Assembly: GCF_037042905.1 (NCBI RefSeq)
Contig: NC_087252.1
Span: 9,178,001 to 9,242,000 of the forward strand
From: Lytechinus pictus
Taxonomy: Eukaryota
Length of the DNA stretch: 64,000 nt
Reading direction: 5' to 3'
This document shows positions 53,578-64,000 of this stretch, piece after piece. A program made the position numbers and the translations under genes. How positions within the stretch are numbered: position 1 is the stretch's first letter; the number at the start of each line of letters is the position of its first letter. The notes beneath the pieces were generated by a model. The model saw only the letters and a list, made by a program, of their open reading frames with translations, did not search any database and had not been told where the DNA came from.

Positions 53578-56349
53578 TTAATTCATCAGAAGCAAAATGA
53601 AACTGGGCTATTCTCATTCATCTTTTAATAACATTCCATTCTGTCTGATCTAAAGCTTTACATGGTTTACCGATATAAAAGTAGGAGGAGTATACATGAG
53701 AGAGGTGGAAGGACAGAGACGGTTTGGGGAGTGGGAAAGAGAAAATATAGAGGGGAAAGCTTAGACGTTGAAATTGTCACGAACGATTGTGGTTAAATAT
53801 TTTGTCCTTATTTGTATGCCGTCTGTACTAATCTTTTTAAACATTTGAATAACAATAGGCATGCATTCCCAGGTTATGCGCTGAATTTGTAACTTATAAA
53901 AATGAATAATAATCTTGTTTTGCCTGGTAAACCAGTTTGGGATCGATCGACGGTCTGGTTCAGTAACTTTGAAGATTATTTCTTCTTTTATGACGGGACA
54001 CAAAAGTTGTTCACGAAATCCTGACAGCCGCTTTCTAAATGTTCAATGGCATTTCTCTTGCAGAAAATATTAATGCATTGAGCATTGTGTAAAAAAATTA
54101 TCATTTATGATTTTGCACGCCAAGACTCAATACATAGTGAAACTAAAACTGAAATCAAAATGAAAATGGAATCTTAACGAGCGCTTGAAACAGCAGTTAT
54201 TTTGTATGCATTTTGTTCTATATTGCGTGAAAAAGTTAATTCTATGTAAATATTGTATATACGTTAAATGTTTTTAACTGTATATATTATTTCCGAAACT
54301 CTTCCTAGATTTTTTGTTTTAGTCGAAAGAAAAAAATAATGGCAAATGTATAACGTTTTATAAGGCACGCAAATTGCTTTCTACGTTTTACTTGTTAAAA
54401 AACTATTCTATTGGTTCTTCTCCCTCATTATCCATGCAACTTAAGGACAAACAGTGCGTATAAAAAAAAACCGGGACAGATTTGAAAAGTCTAAAAAAAA
54501 TTTGTCTCAAATTATGATGTCTATATATTGGTGTAAATAGGTGCTCTTAGGTCTTATCTTTGAAATGCAATTAAAAAAATAAATTTTGTTCATGCTTGAG
54601 CGAACACGGGACGTTTTTGTTGGGGTTCAAAAAGAGGCTTGCGCCAGAATTGCAGAATATGAGTAATATGATGATCAGACTTTTTGCTAATCAGGTGACT
54701 TCCTCTTGACCTTTTCATTATCTGTGCCACAATTTTCGAATTATGCTGTCAAATTTTATTTACAACTTTATTTATTTACTTGAATTATTTTGTTTTTTCA
54801 TTTAAACTTCTCTTACCTTTTAATTTTCCTTCAAAAGTAACTGAGAAAATAAGATTTTTTTGTCAACCCAGGCAAGAAGATTTGCATTATTAATTGGGAA
54901 AACTTGTGATTATTCAAATCCTTTTATTATGTGAAAAAAATTATGTTATGTACCTTTAAAAGACATAAATCTATTTTTCAAGGGGTCATTGATTCCTTGA
55001 CCAAGTTTAATTGCTTGACAGGAAACACAGGAAGGGATTCATGTCTTTCAATGACAATGGTGTATTGAGTCGATTTCGTAGGAGCTAGATATGGCACATC
55101 GGGTAAAATGTATTTAAAAATTGTGAGCGAGCGAAATGACGCAAATATTCCCACTTTTTTATTACAATATCAAATTTTGTGATAGATTTTGACATAATAT
55201 TCAGAAAATAGTATCATATTTTACTTTCTATCTTTCCTTTATTTCCTGTCCACTTTTTTTCTTCGTCATGATTGTTTTTAATTGAGGGGGGAGCATCCGA
55301 AGCCCCCGCCCATCTGTGTGGCACTATTCAAAAGGCACAATAACCTTTGTAGCACACAATGAAAGGATTTTGGAAAAAAATCCATGCTTTCCCATACTTC
55401 GGTTGAAACAAAATTGTTTTAGCTTGAAGAAGGAATATTCAAAGCTAACAGAGAGCATGTTAAAAAGAAACAACAGAACTATTCAAGCAAATGAATAGAT
55501 CTGAAAATGAATTTTGACCGCATGCTTTAAAAATTGTGGCAAAGATAATGAAAAAGTAAAGATGAAGTCTGCTCATTAGCAACATGTCCGATCATCATAT
55601 TTATAATTTTAGGCCATTTTGGTGCAAGCCTCCCTTTTGACCCCAAACGAAAACATTCCGTGTTCGCTCAAGCATGAACGAAACTAATTTTTTTAATAGC
55701 ATTTGAAAGATAAGACCTTAGAGCACCTATTAACACCATGGACATTATAATTTGAAACAAAAAATTTATAGACTTTTCAAATCTGTCCCGTTTTTTTATA
55801 CGCACTGTATAGTCGTGCATAATCTTTTTTATAAAAATGAATAGACTTTGCTTTTTAGGTAGATACAAAAAAAGTACGAGATACATTATTTCAGAAAAAC
55901 ATAGTGTTGTAACTGGATGTAGCCATAAAAAGCCCAGATCGAATCATTAAGATAACCACACCTGATATCAAATATAGTGTATTCAGTATGAGAAATATAT
56001 CAATAGAAAATTGATTCGTGAAATGGAAAGAGGTTGTCTACATAGTGGTAGACACGTAATTTTAATTTCCATATTTAAAAGCATGTTAAGACATATTGAG
56101 TTATATAAATACAAAATTGACCTATAAGAATAAGATTTGATTTTACTTTGAACAAATGCGTCACGCCACCAACCACCGACAATCTATCACGGAATGCTCT
56201 CTCCCTGGAATAGCCCCAGAAGTCTTTAAAAAGTAAGAAATACCAAATACTATTTGAAGAATGTTTCATCCATTACATACTCCCAATATTATAACTTAAA
56301 CAAGGCGAACGCCTCAGGCAGTCTCGCCTGCATTACTCAATTCGATATA
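53578..56349 (+). repeat. Older direct paralog of ~6495-9192
   Basis: Colinear, with the same Tc1-like MITE at the same site. ORF 53761..54003 mirrors 6679..6921. Confidence 0.92.
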
Positions 56350-57347
56350 GCAGCAGTGCTGCCTTTGAAAACCACTAATGAATTATTATTCACAGAAAAA
56401 ACACTAATATGATAATAAAATAGTATATCCATTGACCCAAAATGACCATAGACCATGATCATGTGACCTAATACATGTGGAAAACATTCATTCATACTTG
56501 ATTACCCCTTATGTCGATGTTTTATGAGCTGCATGTAGATCCATACACTTTATGATGCAAATTCACCAGATATTCCCAACACAGATACAGTTCATTGACC
56601 TTTAAATGACCTTTGACATTGATCATGTGACCTGAAACTCGCACATGATGTTTAAGGATACATAGTTGTTCTTATGTCCACGTTTTATGAACTAGATCCA
56701 TAAAATTTGAAAGTTATGTTGGCAATTCCTCAAATGCCCCCAACATTGCCAAAGTTAGTTGACCCTAAGTGATCTTTGACCTTAATCTTGTGACCTGGGG
56801 GGCGTTTCATCAATATTTTCGTCCGACAAGTTGTCAGATCTGACAACTTTCCTGGATTCTGATTGGTTGAGAAGCACTGTTACTATAGTAACTGTCGGAT
56901 AAAACAGGACTTGTCGGATAAAACATCCGACAAGTCCTTTCATGAAACGCTCCCCAGGAACTCCGGGAGGATCTTTAATGACACACTATTACCCTTATGT
57001 GTAAGTTTCATTAACTATGTCTATACACTTTTTACGTTATCATGAAATTTCAAAAACTTAACCTTGGTTAAGATTTCGATATTGAGTCCCCCAACATGGT
57101 CTAAGTTCATTGACCCTAAATGACCTTTGACCTAAGTCATGTGACTTGAAAGCAGGATGTTCAGTAATACTTAATTACTCTGATTTCCAAGATTCATGAA
57201 CTAAGTCCATATGTTTTCTAAGTTATGATGACATTTCAAAAATGTATACTTGGTTAAGATTTCAATGTTGGCGCGCCACCGCCCCCGTCGCCGCCGTCGG
57301 AAAAGCGCCGCCTATAGTCCCGCTTTGCTATGCAGGCGGGACAAAAA
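56298..57347 (-). mobile_element. Complete DINE-1-like Helentron-associated element with internal tandem repeats
   Basis: Minus strand: T-rich ends, 5' subTIR GTCCCGCCTGCA with adjacent IR GCGGGAC, a (GGC)n patch, repeated AGGTCACATGA..AGGTCAAAGGTCA units, 3' subTIR TGCAGGCGAGAC and a terminal stem-loop. Confidence 0.8.
56798..56954. mobile_element. Independent insertion of the same Harbinger-like MITE, nested in a Helentron-type element
   Basis: GGGGGCGTTTCAT...ATGAAACGCTCCC with CTG / CAG flanks, in a different host sequence from the 4276 copy. Confidence 0.85.
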
Positions 57348-57499
57348 TGAATCAATCACTATCTCCCTAATGTTTCCAAGTTTCATCAAGACGTACATAT
57401 TTCAAATCTAATCGTTGAGAAAACTCCAATCTTCAAACTTTTTTAGGGGTAAAATTAAAACAACAAAAATTAATGGGGTTAGTCTAATATAACGATCCG

Positions 57500-57586
57500 A
57501 CAGTAGTTATAATATCAGTAGCAGTAAAAGTAGTGGCAGTAGTAGAAGAAGTAGTGGAAGCAGGAGAATGAGAAGTAGTAGCAGAG

Positions 57587-57644
<58 letters not shown>

Positions 57645-57875
57645 AAGTAGAGGAAATAGAAGTAGTAGCACTAGTAGAAGAAGTATTGAAGTAGTAGACG
57701 TAGTAGTAGTAGTAGTAGTGGAAGTAGTAGTAGTAGTAGTAGTCCTAGTAGGAGTAAAAGTAGCAGTAGTAGTTCTTATTTTTGTAAAAGTAGTAAAATT
57801 AGTTGTAGTAGTAGTAGTAGTAGCAGGAGTAGTAGTAGTAGAAGTAGTAGCAGTAGAAGTAGTAGTAATGGTAGC

Positions 57876-57911
<36 letters not shown>

Positions 57912-58035
57912 TGATGTAGTAGTAGTAGTAGTAGTAGCAGGAGTAGTAGTAGTAGAAGTAGTAGCAGTAGAAGTAGTAGTAATGGTAGTAGTAGTAGTAG
58001 TAGCAGCAGGAGTAGTAGTAGTAGTAATAGAAGTA

Positions 58036-58073
<38 letters not shown>

Positions 58074-58127
58074 TGTAGGAGTTGTAGTAGTAAAGTAGTT
58101 GTAGCAGTAGTAGAAGTAGTAGTAGTA

Positions 58128-58162
<35 letters not shown>

Positions 58163-58182
58163 CTAGTAGTAGTAGTACTTAC

Positions 58183-58233
<51 letters not shown>

Positions 58234-58294
58234 AAGTAGAAGTAGAGGAAATAGAAGTAGTAGCACTAGTAGAAGAAGTATTGAAGTAGTAGAC

Positions 58295-58325
<31 letters not shown>

Positions 58326-58483
58326 AAGTAATAGCAGTAGTAGTAGTAGTCCTAGTAGGAGTAAAAGTAGCAGTAGTAGTTCTTGTTTTTGTAAAAGTAG
58401 TAAAATTAGTTGTAGTAGTAGTAGTAGTAGCAGGAGTAGTAGTAGTAGAAGTAGTAGCAGTAGAAGTAGTAGTAATGGTAGCA

Positions 58484-58545
<62 letters not shown>

Positions 58546-58597
58546 TGTAGAAGTAGTAGTAGTAATAGGAGCAATAATAGAAGAAGAAGAAAAAGTA

Positions 58598-58640
<43 letters not shown>

Positions 58641-58666
58641 CAGTAGTAGTAGTAGTAATAGTAGTA

Positions 58667-58724
<58 letters not shown>

Positions 58725-58831
58725 AAGTAGTAGCAGTAGTAGTAGCAGTAGTAGTAGTAGTGGGAGCAGTAGGAGTAGTAGTAGTAGTAGCAGCAGTAAT
58801 AGGAGCAATAAAAGAAATAGAAGAAGAAGTA

Positions 58832-58876
<45 letters not shown>

Positions 58877-58963
58877 ATAGAAGTAGTAGAAGTAGTAGTA
58901 GTAGTAGTAGTAGTACTAGGAGTAGTAATAGTAGTAGTAGCAGAATAAGTAGTAGTAGTTTTT

Positions 58964-59014
<51 letters not shown>

Positions 59015-59015
59015 A

Positions 59016-59048
<33 letters not shown>

Positions 59049-59068
59049 CAGAATAAGTAGAAGTAGTA

Positions 59069-59110
<42 letters not shown>

Positions 59111-59119
59111 ATAGAAGTA

Positions 59120-59157
<38 letters not shown>

Positions 59158-59158
59158 T

Positions 59159-59193
<35 letters not shown>

Positions 59194-59311
59194 TGTAGGA
59201 GTTGTAGTAGTAAAGTAGTTGTAGCAGTAGTAGTAGTACTAGTAGTATAGTAGTAGTAGTAGTAGTAGTACTAGTAGTAGTAGTACTAGTACTAGTAGTA
59301 GTAGTACTTAC

Positions 59312-59365
<54 letters not shown>

Positions 59366-59410
59366 AAGTAGTAGTAGTAGAAGTAGTGGCAGTAGTAGTA
59401 ATATAAGTTG
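57500..59410. repeat. Expanded ~1.9-kb degenerate (GTA)n array (array 2 of the inverted paralog)
   Basis: Directly visible, with internally duplicated variant blocks. Confidence 0.95.
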
Positions 59411-60882
59411 TATCATATCTATTGTAAATAGCAAGAAGCGAAAAAAAAACAGTGTCAAGTATTTTTTTAATGCAAATCTAATAAGACAATTAGGGGAAGG
59501 TGTGGCATAATGGAATACTGAATTTCAAACTTGATATTAAGACGTCATCAACGACACAATACAAGTACAATGACAATGACAATTTTAGATGAATATTGTT
59601 TGTACTTGTATATGTCAAGGACATTTCATAAATTTCGAGTTGTAAATTTCAGTGAAACGCAAAAAATCACTGTTTGCCCCCTCACTTGGGCAAAATGCAC
59701 CCCCCCCCCCTGATGGCACTCTTCATTGCCTCTTCATCCCATATCTGTTTTGACATTTTCCGCCTGCAGTTCTATTCCTGACAATCTTTATGACGACCTG
59801 CAAACAATACACCTGAACCATATAATTGAGGTTACTCAACTACCACAAACAATGCAACTAGCACGTTTAATAATTAAAAAACACGCCATTTTCAACTGGG
59901 GCAATATGTACATACTTGGACCAAAAAGGTTCAATTTTTCCCTAACATTTATAGTTCATTTCCCTTAATATTGTATTTTCTTATAAGAGGTTTACACGCA
60001 AAATCTCTGAAGCAAAAATTCCCTGAAGCATGCAAAGCGTGTGTCTCAACGTTGATATCTTGATATTGTATTATGATTAACATAATACGAATATTTTATA
60101 AAACTTGCTACAAAAACTACAAATTTTCAGCTCTATAATCATTCCCTACTCTTAGAACACGATGGTGCACTTTTTTAAAAGACTTTATTCGGATGTGCTC
60201 AGATGTTGCTGGAATAAAGTTCATGGTTGATATTATGCCGCATTTCCGACTGCTTCAAAGACTTTGTAAAGGGGGCGTACGTTATTCACTTATGAAAATT
60301 TCAAAATTTTATTTTTCCCCATGTGATTGTTATGTCCCACCTTCCCCTAATATGGTTCATTTCATTTTCAATATGAAATGTTTTTTCTTTCCATATCCTT
60401 GATCTAAAGAAAAATATCTCATTTGTCTGTGCATACCACGAATAGTATCAGAACACGTTTGGACTTAAAAAGAAACTTAATCTAAAATCGAAACAAAAAA
60501 AATTAAGGTTGGAGGTATTTTTTCTTACAATTGGACTGAGAAGTTGTTTACAAAACCACTATCATGTAAAGGTGCTCTTCCAGCATAGCGTTCTACATGC
60601 ATTGTTGGAACTGCGTTTCTTAAAAAAAGTTGTGTTATGTTGGCTGATTTATTGATTGTTCTTACTCGTCAAGAATATCACAAAATATGAAATACAATAA
60701 ACAGAAAGAAAACCTTGACAGGATAAAGCTCCTATTATAGTATAAAAACATTTAGGCCAAGAGCATTAGGCCAAAATATGCTTAAGAAAGGAAATTTCAG
60801 GTAACAAGCTGATTTTTTCAGGATACGTCCAGTAATTTGTCTAGAATAACAAACTAAAAGTCCTCATTTACATCCCCCTTAA

Positions 60883-61466
60883 AGGAGAATGAAACTCTTG
60901 GAGCAAGTTAGCTTTTGTGAAAGCAGACAAATCAAAGAATAAGATCAACAAAAGTTTGAGTAAAATAGGACTAGCAATAGAAGAGTTATGATCATTTGAA
61001 TGTCGAGATCACTAATGCTATGGAGATCCTCCCATTGGCAATGCGACCAAGATCTAAGAAGTCACAGATGAACAACTCTCCCCTTTTGGACAGTGAAAAT
61101 ATACCCCAAAACATCTCTTTTTGCTCATTCTAATCATATGACAAACGATTCATCAATGATATAATGTTGTGAAACCTCTGTACTTGTTCTCTAATAAAGA
61201 GAACACCTCACCTTGTGATAGACTCTATAAAAGTGAGAATATAAGTGAAATAAGTACTAAAGTAATGAGGGAGTTGTACGTGTGTGACATCACAGATCTT
61301 GGTCGCATTGCCAATAGGAGGATCTACATGGCATTAGTGATTTCAATATTCAAATGCTCATAACTTTCTTATTGTTCATTCAATCTTCCTCAAACTTTCA
61401 ACAATATGTTTCTTTGATTTTTCTCTTTGATAAGAATTCAGCTGGTTTCAAGGGTTTCATTCTCCT
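60883..61466. mobile_element. Kolobok-like MITE (584 bp), largely palindromic
   Basis: TTAA on both sides, TIRs AGGAGAATGAAAC / GTTTCATTCTCCT, and long internal inverted arms (ATTGGCAATGCGACCAAGATCT / AGATCTTGGTCGCATTGCCAAT). Absent from the forward paralogs. Confidence 0.85.
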
Positions 61467-61754
61467 TTAAAGGATTTTTTGTTATCCAAGATGGCGTTCA
61501 AAATGGTCGCCATTCACAGAAAATGGACATAACTCACTCCACATTAGGCATCAATTTCTGTGAATATTGCATGGTTCAAAGGGGTATAATTTGTTAATGA
61601 TACTGGTTAGAGTGATCATAGTAGTAGTAGTAGTAGTAGTAGTAGTAAAAGTGGTAATGGTATAGTACTAGTAGTAGTGGTAGTAGTAGTAGTAGTATTA
61701 TTTCTAGTAGTAGTATAGCAATAGTAGTAATAGTAGAAGTAGGAGTAGTAGCAA

Positions 61755-61829
<75 letters not shown>

Positions 61830-61912
61830 ATGTAGGAGTAGTAGCAGCAGCAGCAGCAGCAACAGCAGTAGTAGTAGTAGTGGTGGTGGTAGAATAGTAG
61901 TAGTAGTAGTAA

Positions 61913-61944
<32 letters not shown>

Positions 61945-64000
61945 ATATCAGTTGTAGTAGCATGCAGCAGCAGCAAACCCTGTTAACACTTTCAGTATAA
62001 GCTTGGTGCCTTTTCCTATGTTTTCATATCACTGATCTAATAAAACAAAATATATTATGTGTTTGTCCATACCGTGAAATATAAAAAGGACACGTTTGGA
62101 CTTAAATAGAAACTCAGAAATCGAACCAAAATTATTCAAGGTTGAATGTATTTTTCCTACAATTGGGAATAGAAGTTGTTTATAAAATCCCTAATATGCG
62201 TATAGACGCTCTTCCAGCATAGCGTTCTACATGTATCGTTGAAAATATTGCTGAGCTGTCTGAAATAAAAATTTTGTTCTGTCATGTCTGTTGGTTGATT
62301 GATTAATTGAATTTATTCGTCAAGAATATCACAAGAAAGGAAATACAATAAATCCTATGAAAGTATAAAGACATTATTGTAATGATAAAAATTATAAACG
62401 TGGTATGATAATAGGACATACATGTATTTAATAATTTACAAAAAATAATTTACAAAAAACCTGAGGTAAAGAGCAATTATCTATTTCTTTTTCAAACAAG
62501 ATTATTATCTACAATACTGAAAACCAAGAGTACAAAACGTGCGTTTGTGCTGGCTGTCGATTAGATTCTAGTTTTTTGCATTAATAATAATGATAATACT
62601 AACGCAGTTCTTGTATAGCGCATGTCATTGCGTTGAAAATATTGCCGCGTTGTCTGAAATAAAGGTTTTGTTCTGTCATGTATGTTGTGTTTGGCATGAC
62701 CGTCAGCGCAGATGATTATCTGTTGCGTTGGGGGCGCAACTGAAGATGTCCCCAGCCCCCCCCCCCCGAAACTTAGATGATAATCCTTTGCGCTGACGGC
62801 CGTGATTTCGGGGTGGATAGATGGTAAGAGGCAATCGACATCGAAGGCGTCTACACGACATATAGGGGTTTGTAAACAACCTCTATGTACAATTGTAAGG
62901 AAGAATACCTCCCACCTTAAATAAGTTTGTTTCAATTTTAGATTAAGTTTCTTTTTAGGTCCAAACGTGTTCTAATGCTATTCGTGGTATGCACAGACAA
63001 ATTAAATAATATTCTTTAGATCAGGGATATGGAAAGGAAAAACCTTTCATATTGAAAATGAAATTAACCATATTAGGGGAAGGTGGGACATAACGATCAT
63101 AGAAGGAAAAAATAATTTTTTGAAATTTTCATAAGTGAATAAAGTACGCCCCCCTTTTACAAAGTATTTGGAGCAGTCGACATGGCGGCATAATATCAAC
63201 CATGAACTTTCATCCAGCAACATCTGAGCACATCCAAATAAAGTGTTTTTAAAAAAGTGCACCCTTCTTCCTTTCCTTTTCCTCTTTTCTTTTTCCCCTT
63301 TCCTTCCCCTTTCCCTTTCTGTCTCCCTCCCTTTTCCTGTTTTCCCCTGTGAAATAAGCTAGGGGGCACCTTGCCCCTTTCCCCCCACCAGCCCCCCCCC
63401 CTGCCTGTTACGCGACTGCCAAAAACAACAAACAATATTCGAATTGGAAATGTTTTTCGATAATTATAAATATTCTCTTAAACGTTTTTGCTAAACTATT
63501 TCATTGATATAATGCCTCATGGAAAAAATGAAACGGATCTGGAATTCAGTGTGGGAAAATTTATTTTGAAATAATGATGATAGTGTATTCCCGCTGCAGT
63601 TAAATTATTTTCCAAAATAAGAAAAGCAAAAAAAAACTCTAATAAAGATACCAATATGCCATTCGATATGCACCAAAAATAGTTATCTCTAAACAGACAA
63701 CCTTAGCCCCTTAAATGAAATTTGTTATTATTGACTTAAGTTTGTTCATGGATACAATGGAAATAGGTTGATCTCTCCGTTTCAGGTGTGTCAAAGCAGT
63801 TAATTCAAATGAAACGGTTCATTTAGTATTAAATATGAACAGTGATCCAAAGGAAATCAAATTATTCGTGCTTTCACACGCCATGTTTTTTATAAATTAG
63901 TCGTTTGGAACTTAAATCTGAAAGTAAATAAGCCAAAATCAAAATGAAACTAAAAAAATCAGATTTTATTTTTCCTTTTTCGACGGGGCACAAAAGTTGT

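Larger units (their letters stand above)
56298..64000 (-). repeat. Older, diverged inverted paralog of the module
   Basis: Its reverse complement matches 10800-11220, 686-732, 1208-5200 and 33611-34598. It lacks several insertions found in the forward copies. Confidence 0.92.

Overview
This is AT-rich eukaryotic DNA with no supportable intact protein-coding gene, rRNA, true tRNA or CRISPR array. The repeat style suggests a marine invertebrate, probably a sea urchin; that is inference from recalled repeat motifs, not a database result. The ORF track is explained by microsatellites, satellites and decayed LINEs. The window is one non-coding module present in about 7 complete or partial paralogous copies. 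These are a young ~11.9-kb tandem array (junctions at 5737|5738 and 17649|17650, inside a SINE), a ~5.1-kb duplicate (37929-43067), and older copies mostly in the opposite orientation (about 45.4-64 kb). Comparing filled and empty sites between copies delimits hAT-, Tc1/mariner-, PIF/Harbinger-, Kolobok-, Academ-like and Helentron-type non-autonomous elements, a tRNA-derived SINE and two LINE fragments. Three observations stand out. First, recurrent TA to TACATGTA insertions look like Tc1/mariner excision scars. Second, an inversion can be reconstructed that splits two transposons and has scar-like motifs at both ends. Third, a recently inserted double-headed Helentron-type element carries a tRNA-like Pol III cassette. 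Coordinates were read by eye and fuzzy boundaries may be off by several bases.
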